Shown piece after piece: positions 9,468 through 17,228 of a DNA stretch of 64,000 nucleotides. The position numbers and the translations under genes were made by a program. The notes beneath the pieces are model-generated. The model was not told the DNA's origin and ran no database searches. It was given only the letters and a program-made list of their open reading frames with translations. The DNA comes from an uncultured Bacteroidaceae bacterium. GTDB lineage: Bacteria > Bacteroidota > Bacteroidia > Bacteroidales > Bacteroidaceae. Position 1 is the stretch's first letter, and every line of letters begins with the position of its first letter. The stretch spans positions 4,951-68,950 of the forward strand of contig CAJOEI010000025.1 in the NCBI GenBank assembly GCA_905233465.1, in the 5' to 3' direction.

Positions 9468-9929
9468 ATGGAAACAACCTTAGTATTGTTAAAACCCAGT
9501 TGTGTGCAACGTCAGTTGATAGGCGAAATCGTCAATCGTTTTGAACGTCGTGGACTGCGCATTGCAGGCATGAAGATGATGCAGCTTGACGACAAGATAC
9601 TCAGCGAACATTATTCTCATCTTGTGGGACGTCCTTTCTTCCCCTCCCTCGCAGCCTCGATGAAGGCCTCTCCCGTGGTGGCTATGGCATTGAGCGGCGT
9701 AGAAGCTGTGGCAGTGGTGCGCGGCATGACAGGCTTCACCAACGGTCGTAAGGCCGACCCAGGCACAATCCGTGGTGACTACGCCATGAGCAACCAGCAG
9801 AACATTGTGCATGCCTCTGACTCACCGGAGAATGCTAAGATTGAGCTCGCGCGATTCTTCCGTCCAGAGGAAATCTTCGATTACAAACACGCCCTTCAGG
9901 CCTATCTCTATGCTCCCGACGAGTGCTAA
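9468..9929 (+). CDS. ndk: nucleoside diphosphate kinase
   Basis: Contains TLVLLKPSCVQRQLIGEIVNRFERRGLRIAGMKMM and NIVHASDSPENAKIELARFF, which includes the active-site His context. Confidence 0.92.
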   Translation: METTLVLLKPSCVQRQLIGEIVNRFERRGLRIAGMKMMQLDDKILSEHYSHLVGRPFFPSLAASMKASPVVAMALSGVEAVAVVRGMTGFTNGRKADPGTIRGDYAMSNQQNIVHASDSPENAKIELARFFRPEEIFDYKHALQAYLYAPDEC

Positions 9930-9977
9930 GTGAGCAATCCAGAGGAGCTTTTATTTCACACAACAAATCAATAGCCA

Positions 9978-10973
9978 ATGATATATTCGTTAATTAGAAA
10001 GACAGCAGCACTTTGTGCTCTTGCATCAGTGTTTGTGCCCGCGATGGGTCAGGATCTGATAGCACGCCAAGCACCCGTAGACAAGAAGATGCGTGCAGTG
10101 GACAGCGTTGCCATCCAGCGACTGCTGCAGCAAGAAAGCATCACAGACGAGAGCTCTATTGAAGAGAGGTTCCAGAACGACCTCTATCCTAACTGGGAAG
10201 AAGGGAACATCAACTATTATGGAAATGTGGAGTTGCCGAAAGACTACAAGATTGACTTGCGGCATTTCTGCATGCCCACGACCAACCGCATCGTGACATC
10301 CAACTATGGTTATCGTGCCCGCTTCCGTCGTCAGCACAAGGGTCTGGACATCAATGCCTATAAGGGCGACACCATCCGCTCGGCCTTCGATGGCAAGGTG
10401 CGCATCGTGGACAACCAGCCCGGTGGATACGGCAAGGTGGTCGTCATACGCCACACTAACGGCCTCGAGACCGTCTATGGTCATCTGTCCAAGCATCTCA
10501 CAACGACGGGTTCGATCGTCAAGGCTGGCACACCCATTGGTCTTGCTGGCAGCACAGGTCGCAGCACCGGCACGCATCTGCACTTCGAGACGCGTCTGCT
10601 GGGTGAATACATCGATCCCGACAAGCTCTTTGACTTCCCCAACCAGGATGTGAAGGGCGACTTTTATGTCTTCCGTGGACGTGGTCGCGGCACTTTGCTG
10701 GGTCGTCACGACGGCTCGCAGCACACAAGCTCGGATCTGGCCGCAGCATCAAGCAGCAGCGAGGAGGTCAGCTACGACAGCAGCGTGAGTGCAAATGCTA
10801 ATTCTGGCTCAAGCAAGAGTCAGGCTCGCACACGCTTCCACAAGGTGCGCAAGGGCGAAACTCTCAGCAGCATCGCTCGCAAGCATAAAACCACTGTGGC
10901 CAACCTCTGCCGCATCAACGGTCTTTCCAAGAGGAGTAAGCTCCGCACCGGACAAGTCATCAAGTACTCATGA
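9978..10973 (+). CDS. M23 family metallopeptidase with C-terminal LysM domain
   Basis: Contains HKGLDINAYKGDTIRSAFDGKV and GSTGRSTGTHLHFE. The LysM-like region is HKVRKGETLSSIARKHKTTVANLCRINGL. An N-terminal signal peptide is present. Confidence 0.85.
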   Translation: MIYSLIRKTAALCALASVFVPAMGQDLIARQAPVDKKMRAVDSVAIQRLLQQESITDESSIEERFQNDLYPNWEEGNINYYGNVELPKDYKIDLRHFCMPTTNRIVTSNYGYRARFRRQHKGLDINAYKGDTIRSAFDGKVRIVDNQPGGYGKVVVIRHTNGLETVYGHLSKHLTTTGSIVKAGTPIGLAGSTGRSTGTHLHFETRLLGEYIDPDKLFDFPNQDVKGDFYVFRGRGRGTLLGRHDGSQHTSSDLAAASSSSEEVSYDSSVSANANSGSSKSQARTRFHKVRKGETLSSIARKHKTTVANLCRINGLSKRSKLRTGQVIKYS

Positions 10974-11542
10974 CGACAGAAGAGCAGTTCCGGGCGGTGA
11001 TGAGCGAATGCCGCTCCGTATTTCAGGCCAAGTTGCACGATTACGGAGCGGCATGGCGTATTCTGCGAGTGACATCACTCACCGATCAGCTATACATCAA
11101 GGCCAACCGCATCCGCTCGTTAGAGTTGAAGGGCGAGGCGCTTGTAGCTGAGGGCATCCGGCCCGAGTTCGTGGCTATAGTGAACTATGCCATTATCGGT
11201 CTGATACAATTGGCTCATGGTTTTGCCGAGCAACCCGATGATATGACGCCCGAACAGGCTCTGGCAGAGTACGACACGCTCGCCGAAGAGTCGTTGCAGC
11301 TGATGTTGCGCAAGAATCACGACTATGACGAGGCTTGGCGAGGAATGCGTGTGAGTAGCTACACCGACCTGATATTGCAGAAGATATTCCGCACCAAACA
11401 GATAGAGGAACTGGGCGGGGTGACGCTGCAGAGCGAGGGCATCGATGCCAATTACATGGATATGATGAACTATGCTGTCTTCGGCCTCATCAAACTCACC
11501 TATGGGGATGCGGCCTCGCCTCAGTTGAAAGTTGAAAGTTGA
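10970..11542 (+). CDS. DUF1599 domain-containing protein (two repeats)
   Basis: KLHDYGAAWRILRVTSLTDQLYIKANRIRSLE recurs as KNHDYDEAWRGMRVSSYTDLILQKIFRTKQIE. The last codons (PQLKVES) and the stop lie inside the GTTGAAA tract. Confidence 0.7.
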   Translation: MTTEEQFRAVMSECRSVFQAKLHDYGAAWRILRVTSLTDQLYIKANRIRSLELKGEALVAEGIRPEFVAIVNYAIIGLIQLAHGFAEQPDDMTPEQALAEYDTLAEESLQLMLRKNHDYDEAWRGMRVSSYTDLILQKIFRTKQIEELGGVTLQSEGIDANYMDMMNYAVFGLIKLTYGDAASPQLKVES

Positions 11543-11579
11543 GAGTTGAAAGTTGAAAGCGGAAAGATGAAAGTTTCAA
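11524..11579. repeat. 7-bp tandem tract (GTTGAAA)n
   Basis: The tract reads gttgaaa gttgaaa gttgaga gttgaaa gttgaaa gcggaaa gatgaaa gtttcaa. It contains both the stop of the DUF1599 gene (11540-11542) and the ATG of the next gene (11567). Confidence 0.9.
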
Positions 11580-12733
11580 CAAGATGGATAGTGGTGAACA
11601 CGTGCCGCCTGCTCGTGTCCGCCATTTTTATTTTATCGGGATTGGTGAAGCTCATCGACCCCCACGGCACAGAATATAAGATTGAGGACTATCTTGTCGC
11701 AATGGGTCTGGACGGCGTGTTGGTGCAACCCTTGCCGCTGTTCTTTGCCGTAGGTATGGCGTTGCTGGAGTTTTGTTTAGGCATTTACCTGTTGTTCGGC
11801 ATACGTCGTCGTCTGACCACCCGCACCATACTGGCCTTTATGCTTGTCTACACGCCGCTGACGCTGTGGCTTGCGCTGACGGATGCTGTGGCGGATTGCG
11901 GCTGTTTCGGTGACGCTCTTGTGCTCACCAACTGGCAGACGTTTGGCAAGAATGTCTGTTTGCTGGCTGCTGCTGTGTTGCTATGTCGCACACGTGCTTG
12001 GCAGACGCGCCTCATCTCGGAGAGCGCGCAGTGGCTGATATCGATATACTCCGTTGTATATGGATTGGCTCTGGCGCTGCTGTGTCTGTGGGGCGAGCCC
12101 GTGATAGACTTCAGACCATTTCATGTCGGACAGGACATTGCTGCAGCGATGGAGTGGCCTGATGATGGGGAGGGGCAGCCTGAAATCCTTGATTTCAGCT
12201 TCGAACCCATAGCGGGACTTGACAATGCGTGCGATGTGAGGGCGGATGATGTGCTTGCCGACAAGGGATATACCTTCCTGCTCATTGCTCCGTATCTTGA
12301 GAGCGCTGACGACGGCAACATGGATCGCATCAATGCCATCGCTGATTACGCTGACGAATATGGTTATCGTTTCCTTTGCCTGACAGCCTCCGACAGCGTA
12401 GCCATACGTCGCTGGCAGGACCTTACAGGCGCCGACTATGCCTTTGCTTTTGCCGACGAGCTGATGCTGAAGACTATTGTTCGCAGCAATCCCGGTCTGA
12501 TGCTTCTGCGCGGAGGCGTTGTGATGGGCAAGTGGAGCCACAACACGCTGCCTGCGCCTGCCGAGCTCACAGCACCGCTGCACTCTCTCGCGTTGGCACA
12601 TCCCCAGCCCGGCAGCTATCGTAGGATGTTGCTCGCGCTACTGCTGTGGTATGTCGTGCCGCTGGTGCTGCTCACGCTGCTGGACCGCCTCGTGGCAGTT
12701 GTACGATGGCAACGGAGAAAGGCAAATTCATAA
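11567..12733 (+). CDS. DoxX/MauE-like membrane protein with C-terminal soluble domain (BT_3928-like)
   Basis: The N-terminus RLLVSAIFILSGLVKLIDPHGTEYKIEDY is followed by 4-5 TM helices. Its position after a DUF1599 gene is typical of Bacteroidota. The track start at 11546 is TTG inside the repeat, so ATG 11567 is preferred. Confidence 0.6.
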   Translation: MKVSTRWIVVNTCRLLVSAIFILSGLVKLIDPHGTEYKIEDYLVAMGLDGVLVQPLPLFFAVGMALLEFCLGIYLLFGIRRRLTTRTILAFMLVYTPLTLWLALTDAVADCGCFGDALVLTNWQTFGKNVCLLAAAVLLCRTRAWQTRLISESAQWLISIYSVVYGLALALLCLWGEPVIDFRPFHVGQDIAAAMEWPDDGEGQPEILDFSFEPIAGLDNACDVRADDVLADKGYTFLLIAPYLESADDGNMDRINAIADYADEYGYRFLCLTASDSVAIRRWQDLTGADYAFAFADELMLKTIVRSNPGLMLLRGGVVMGKWSHNTLPAPAELTAPLHSLALAHPQPGSYRRMLLALLLWYVVPLVLLTLLDRLVAVVRWQRRKANS

Positions 12734-12763
12734 TTCGCTCACAATTCATAATTCACAATTCGA
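12725..12763. repeat. 7-bp tandem tract (AATTCAY)
   Basis: The tract reads aattcat aattcgc (tcac) aattcat aattcac aattcga. The TAA stop of the upstream gene (12731-12733) lies in the tract. Confidence 0.85.
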
Positions 12764-12766
12764 ACC

Positions 12767-12796
12767 ACTTTCAACTTTCAACTGCGGCATAGCCGC
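12767..12796 (+). promoter_or_regulatory. leader element copy 1: (ACTTTCA)2-ACT-GCGGC-ATA-GCCGC
   Basis: The heptamer pair and a 5-bp GC hairpin end 9 nt before the ansA ATG (12806). The same architecture is seen at 17182-17224 (-), 22295-22324 and 22902-22944. Confidence 0.7.
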
Positions 12797-12805
12797 GTTA
12801 GAATT

Positions 12806-13855
12806 ATGAAACGAACAGGACGTGTTTTGCTCATATATACTGGTGGCACAATAGGTATGGCCGCCGACCGTGAGACTGGTGCGCTGACGCCTTTGGATTT
12901 CAATCATCTCATAGCATGCATGCCAGAGTTCAAGGCTGTGCCGACGGGCATCGACGTCCATCAGTTTCCGCAGCCCATCGACAGCAGCGACATGAACCCG
13001 CAGCTGTGGCGGCGCATAGTTGAAATCATTGCTGGCCTCTATGACAACTACGACGGCTTTGTCATCCTTCATGGCACAGACACTATGGCCTTCACCGCAG
13101 CAGCTCTGAGCTTCATGCTCGAGAACCTCACAAAACCCGTTGTGCTCACTGGCTCACAGCTGCCCATTGGACGTCTGCGTACCGACGGGCGCGAGAACCT
13201 GCTCACGAGCATCGAGATAGCTGCTGCTCATCACCCCGACGGCCGGCCGCGTGTGCCGGAGGTGTGCATATATTTCAGCGGCAAGCTGCTGCGCGGCAAC
13301 CGTTCCACGAAGATAAACAGCGAGGGCTTCAACGCCTTCGACACATTTAACTATCCTCATCTGGCAGATGCGGGAGTGGACATCCGCTACCACGATGAGT
13401 ATATCCTGCAGCCGCGCTTCGATGAGCCCATGACACCGCATTTCGCTATGGATGCGAGCGTGATGGTCTTTACCCTCTTCCCTGGCATTCAAGAGAATAT
13501 GGTGCGTCATCTGCTGCACACACCAGGTCTGCGTGGCATCGTGATGCGCACTTATGGTAGCGGCAACGCCCCGCAGCAGCCTTGGCTGATGGAGGCGTTG
13601 AAGGAAGCCACGCAGCGCGGAGTGGTGATCATCAATATCACCCAGTGTGCTGCCGGCCCTGTGGAGATGGCGCGCTACTCAGGTGGCTTCTTGTTGCAGA
13701 ACGTCGGCGTGCTGTCGGGTTACGATGCCACCGTGGAATGTGCCGTAGCCAAGCTGATGCACCTCTTTGGCAGTCAGACTGATGTAGACAACATCCGCCA
13801 GCAGATGACACATGCCATCTGCGGTGAGATAACGGTTGTTACTGAGCCATGTTAG
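12806..13855 (+). CDS. ansA: L-asparaginase, type I
   Basis: Contains VLLIYTGGTIGM (catalytic Thr motif) and ILHGTDTMAFTAAALSF. Length is 349 aa. Confidence 0.88.
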   Translation: MKRTGRVLLIYTGGTIGMAADRETGALTPLDFNHLIACMPEFKAVPTGIDVHQFPQPIDSSDMNPQLWRRIVEIIAGLYDNYDGFVILHGTDTMAFTAAALSFMLENLTKPVVLTGSQLPIGRLRTDGRENLLTSIEIAAAHHPDGRPRVPEVCIYFSGKLLRGNRSTKINSEGFNAFDTFNYPHLADAGVDIRYHDEYILQPRFDEPMTPHFAMDASVMVFTLFPGIQENMVRHLLHTPGLRGIVMRTYGSGNAPQQPWLMEALKEATQRGVVIINITQCAAGPVEMARYSGGFLLQNVGVLSGYDATVECAVAKLMHLFGSQTDVDNIRQQMTHAICGEITVVTEPC

Positions 13856-13957
13856 AGAGGTATAAGGGAAAAGTTGTAATTACAGTTGTGGAACATCATC
13901 AAAGCAAAATGCTTGTGAGAGCAGATGACAGAACAGACCCCGTTTTTAGTAAAATAA

Positions 13958-13985
13958 TCTGGAGATTGTTGCTGTTATCTCCGGA
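13958..13985 (+). terminator. possible ansA terminator hairpin
   Basis: TCTGGAGAT-N10-ATCTCCGGA forms 9 bp including one G-U pair. It is followed by a T-rich stretch (gcatattttt). ATCTCCGGAGAT is itself a perfect palindrome. Confidence 0.35.
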
Positions 13986-14018
13986 GATTTGCATATTTTT
14001 GCCCAGTCGTTTGGCTTT

Positions 14019-14128
14019 GTCCACGAACGCGGACGATATTGTCCACGACCACGGACGAAATAGTCCACGAACGTGTACGAAATAGTCCACGACCGCGGAC
14101 GATATTGTCCACGAACGTGGACAAATAG
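14019..14128. repeat. five tandem 22-bp repeats, each with a GTCCACG-AM-CGYGGAC palindromic core
   Basis: The units are gtccacgaacgcggacgatatt / gtccacgaccacggacgaaata / gtccacgaacgtgtacgaaata / gtccacgaccgcggacgatatt / gtccacgaacgtggacaaatag. They are head to tail with no spacers. ACGA recurs every 11 bp. Confidence 0.9.
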
Positions 14129-14210
14129 AATCATCCGGTCGATACACAAGAAACCACTGGTGGAATCAGTAGGAACCAACGGATGAATGGTTCGACAGCT
14201 CACCATAAAT

Positions 14211-14246
14211 CAACTTTCAACTTTCAATTTTCAATTTTCAACTTTC
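14211..14246. repeat. 7-bp tandem tract (CAACTTT/CAATTTT) abutting a start codon
   Basis: The tract reads caacttt caacttt caatttt caatttt caacttt c, followed directly by ATG 14247. Confidence 0.9.
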
Positions 14247-16358
14247 ATGAGCTTAATCCGTAATCTCATGGTCCTCTGTGGCTTAAGTCTGCTCGGGCTG
14301 GTGCCTGTTCAGTCTGAAAACGACTTTGGCAATCTGCGCCGCTATGCTTCTGACAACGCCCGCGTACGTGAACTGCCGCAGGAGCAGCGGCGCGCTGTGT
14401 TCATCGGCAACAGCATCACCGAGGGATGGCGTAACCAACGTCCCGACTTCTTTCAGAAGAACGGCTACATAGGCCGCGGCATCAGCGGACAGACATCCTA
14501 TCAGTTTGTGGTGCGTTTCCGCGCTGATGTCATAGAGCTGAAGCCGCAGGTGGTGGTCATCAACGTCGCAACAAACGATGTCGCAGAAAACACCTGCCCC
14601 TACAACGAAGACCGCACCTTCGCAAACATCGAGTCGATGGTGGAACAGGCATTAGCCAGCGACATCAAGGTCATCCTCACCACCACTTTGCCCGCCGCAC
14701 GTTTCGGTTGGAACCCCGACATCAAGGACGCCCCCGCCAAGATTGAGAGCCTCAACGCCCGCATCCGCGACTATGCTGCCCGCAAGCGACTGACCTTCGT
14801 GGACTACTATAGCCACATGGTTACTGGCGAGGAGAAGGCTCTGAACCCGGCTTATACAAAAGATGGCGTTCACCCCACTGCCGATGGTTACACGGTGATG
14901 GAGTTGCTCATTAAACCGGCTATCGATAGAGTTTTGGGGCTCGACAAGAAAGATGCCCATCAACTCAGCTTTGCCGAGCGCATAGCCACACCGGCCGACA
15001 ACACACGCGTCACGCGCCGCCCTGTCGAGGGCGAGCGGCTGTTCCGTTCTGACGTCATCGAGCGTAAGATACAAGAGGTCAAGCAGCTGCTTACGGGAGC
15101 GCCTTATCTGGCATGGATGTTCGAGAACTGCTTCCCCAACACGCTCGACACCACTGTCCACTACCAGACCACGGAGGACGGCGACGACGATACCTTTGTC
15201 TATACCGGTGACATCCATGCCATGTGGTTGCGCGACAGTGGTGCGCAGGTGTGGCCCTATGTGCAGTTTGCACGTGAGGACGAAGGGGTGCGCAAGATGG
15301 TGCGTGGCACCATACTACGTCAGCTCAAGTGCATCTGCCTCGACCCCTATGCCAACGCTTTCAATATGGGACCGACGGGCAGCGATTGGGCCAGCGACCT
15401 GACGGATATGACACCCTGGCTGCACGAGCGTAAGTATGAGATTGACTCGCTCTGCTATCCCTTGCGCCTGGCCTACCACTACTGGATAGTGACGGGCGAC
15501 GACAGCATCTTCAGAACGGAACTGTGGAGTAACGCCCTCCGCGCCATACTGAAAACCTTCCGCGAACAGCAGCGCAAGACCAACCACGGCCCCTACCACT
15601 TCCAGCGCCGCACGGCAGCGCAGTATGACACCATGAGTCACAATGGCTACGGCAACCCCATCCGTCCCTGCGGACTCATCGCTTCCGCCTTCCGTCCGAG
15701 CGATGACTGTACGGTGCTGCTCTACCTCGTTCCCTCCAACTTCATGGCCGTATCCAACCTGCGTCGCGCTGCCGACATCCTCACTCGTGTGACAGGTGAC
15801 GCTGCAATGGCAAAGGAGTGTACGGATTTGGCCGATGAGGTGGCAGAAGCGCTGAAGAAATACGCAGTATACAGGCACCCGAAGTATGGCAAAATCTATG
15901 CCTATGAGGTCGATGGTTTCGGCAATCATCTGCTCATGGATGATGCCAATGTGCCATCGCTGCTCGCAATGGCCTATCTTGGCGACGTCTCGCCCAAAGA
16001 CCCGATTTATAAGAACACGCGCCGCTTCGTGCTCAGCGAGGACAATCCTTACTTCTTCCGCGGCAAGGCAGGCGAGGGCATAGGTGGTCCGCACGTGGGC
16101 TATGACATGGTGTGGCCGATGTCTATCATGATGCGCGCCTTCACCTCCACCGATGATGCCGAGATACGTCGCTGTCTGCAAATGCTTGTTGACACCGACG
16201 CTGGCACTGGCTTCATCCACGAGTCGTTCCACAAGGATGACGCATCACGCTATACCCGTTCGTGGTTCGCCTGGCAGAACACGCTCTTCGGAGAACTCAT
16301 CATCAAACTGATTGACGACGGCAAGCTCGACTTGCTCAACTCCATACAGAAAAGTTGA
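14247..16358 (+). CDS. fusion protein: N-terminal SGNH/GDSL hydrolase plus C-terminal GH125 (DUF1237) exo-alpha-1,6-mannosidase-like domain
   Basis: Signal peptide MSLIRNLMVLCGLSLLGLVPVQS. SGNH blocks are FIGNSITEGW, GISGQTS, ATNDV and DGVHPT. The GH125-like motif is FVYTGDIHAMWLRDSGAQVWPY. The track start at 14187 would translate the repeat tract, so ATG 14247 is preferred. Confidence 0.75.
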   Translation: MSLIRNLMVLCGLSLLGLVPVQSENDFGNLRRYASDNARVRELPQEQRRAVFIGNSITEGWRNQRPDFFQKNGYIGRGISGQTSYQFVVRFRADVIELKPQVVVINVATNDVAENTCPYNEDRTFANIESMVEQALASDIKVILTTTLPAARFGWNPDIKDAPAKIESLNARIRDYAARKRLTFVDYYSHMVTGEEKALNPAYTKDGVHPTADGYTVMELLIKPAIDRVLGLDKKDAHQLSFAERIATPADNTRVTRRPVEGERLFRSDVIERKIQEVKQLLTGAPYLAWMFENCFPNTLDTTVHYQTTEDGDDDTFVYTGDIHAMWLRDSGAQVWPYVQFAREDEGVRKMVRGTILRQLKCICLDPYANAFNMGPTGSDWASDLTDMTPWLHERKYEIDSLCYPLRLAYHYWIVTGDDSIFRTELWSNALRAILKTFREQQRKTNHGPYHFQRRTAAQYDTMSHNGYGNPIRPCGLIASAFRPSDDCTVLLYLVPSNFMAVSNLRRAADILTRVTGDAAMAKECTDLADEVAEALKKYAVYRHPKYGKIYAYEVDGFGNHLLMDDANVPSLLAMAYLGDVSPKDPIYKNTRRFVLSEDNPYFFRGKAGEGIGGPHVGYDMVWPMSIMMRAFTSTDDAEIRRCLQMLVDTDAGTGFIHESFHKDDASRYTRSWFAWQNTLFGELIIKLIDDGKLDLLNSIQKS

Positions 16359-16427
16359 AAGTTGAAAGTTCTTTCTGAGGAAAGCGACCAAAGGTCGAGC
16401 GGAAAGATCAAAGTTCAATGTTCAATG
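16354..16427. repeat. 7-bp periodic tract (GTTGAAA ... AAAGTTC AATGTTC)
   Basis: gttgaaa gttgaaa contains the stop codon at 16356-16358. This is followed by agcggaaagatcaaagttcaatgttcaatgggg. The string agcggaaagatNaaagtt also occurs at 11558-11575. Confidence 0.8.
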
Positions 16428-16434
16428 GGGTCGC

Positions 16435-17169
16435 TCACAGGAATCCTTGTGCTGTGAGAGCGTCGTGCAGCAAGGAACTCATTGTCTCGTTGTCGCTCTG
16501 TTTGTATCGGATGTCCGTGAAGATCTGGGCGAGGGTTGCCGTTTTGTTCTGTCTTACAAATTCCTGGTTCTCGGGCAAAGCCTCCTTGGGGCCATAGTAG
16601 CGGTCGATGTCGGCAGGCGTGGGGAGATGGTATGTCTCGGAGTGCACGAAGCTCTCTGTAGGCAGGCGGTCGGTGAGCGGCGGCTGCTCGTCGGGCCATC
16701 CCATGGTGATGGTGGCCACGGGGAAGACGAGTTTGGGCAGCTGGAGAGCTTCGATGATGGGTTGTGGCTGATAGAGCGTGGTGCCGAGATAGCAGAGTCC
16801 GAGGCCTGCATCCTCGGCTAAGCAGCACAGCGTCTGGGTGTAGAGCAGGGCATCTGTGGCAGCATTGAGGAAGCTCAGGAAATTGTCATAGCCGGGATGT
16901 GCCTGACGCTGCAGCGCCCACTCTGTAGTGCGCCGGAAGTCGGCACAGATAGTGAGCACCACTGGTGCCTGTGTTACCATGGGCTGGTGGAAATGTGCAG
17001 GCGCGAGTCGCTCCTTGCCTTGCTGGCTGCGTGTGACGATGACACTATAGAGCTGGAGGTTGCCCATCGTCTGGGTGCGTGCTGCCTGTGTCAGCAGTTC
17101 ATTAAGAAGTTCGTCGCTGACCTCCCGGGTGCTGTAGCGACGTATGGTGCGGCGGGTGAGAATGGACAT
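16435..17169 (-). CDS. nitroreductase family protein
   Basis: The N-terminus reads MSILTRRTIRRYSTREVSDELLNELLTQAARTQTMGNLQ, which is typical of the family. Length is 244 aa. Confidence 0.8.
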   Translation of the reverse strand: MSILTRRTIRRYSTREVSDELLNELLTQAARTQTMGNLQLYSVIVTRSQQGKERLAPAHFHQPMVTQAPVVLTICADFRRTTEWALQRQAHPGYDNFLSFLNAATDALLYTQTLCCLAEDAGLGLCYLGTTLYQPQPIIEALQLPKLVFPVATITMGWPDEQPPLTDRLPTESFVHSETYHLPTPADIDRYYGPKEALPENQEFVRQNKTATLAQIFTDIRYKQSDNETMSSLLHDALTAQGFL

Positions 17170-17181
17170 GGGAAGTGAGAC

Positions 17182-17224
17182 GCGGCTAAGCCGCAGTTGA
17201 AGGTTTAGAGTTTAAAGTTGAAAG
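17182..17224 (-). promoter_or_regulatory. leader element copy 2 (minus-strand orientation)
   Basis: The minus strand reads actttca actttaa actctaa accttca act GCGGC tta GCCGC gtctcacttccc ATG. The hairpin ends 12 nt before the nitroreductase start (17169). The tract begins at the stop of the SDR gene (17229). Confidence 0.7.
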
Positions 17225-17228
17225 TTAA

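Noticed and set aside
14019-14128. Possible CRISPR array (regular direct repeats with palindromic cores)
   Set aside because: The 22-bp units are directly adjacent with no spacers. The array is only 110 bp, and no cas genes are in the window. It is better described as a tandem operator/iteron-like repeat.
13849-14206. Small ORFs (78-86 aa, both strands) spanning the 22-bp repeat array
   Set aside because: Their reading frames are generated by the tandem repeats themselves (repetitive RGQYRPRSWT-type peptides). They overlap the ansA stop and the putative terminator, and there is no start context.
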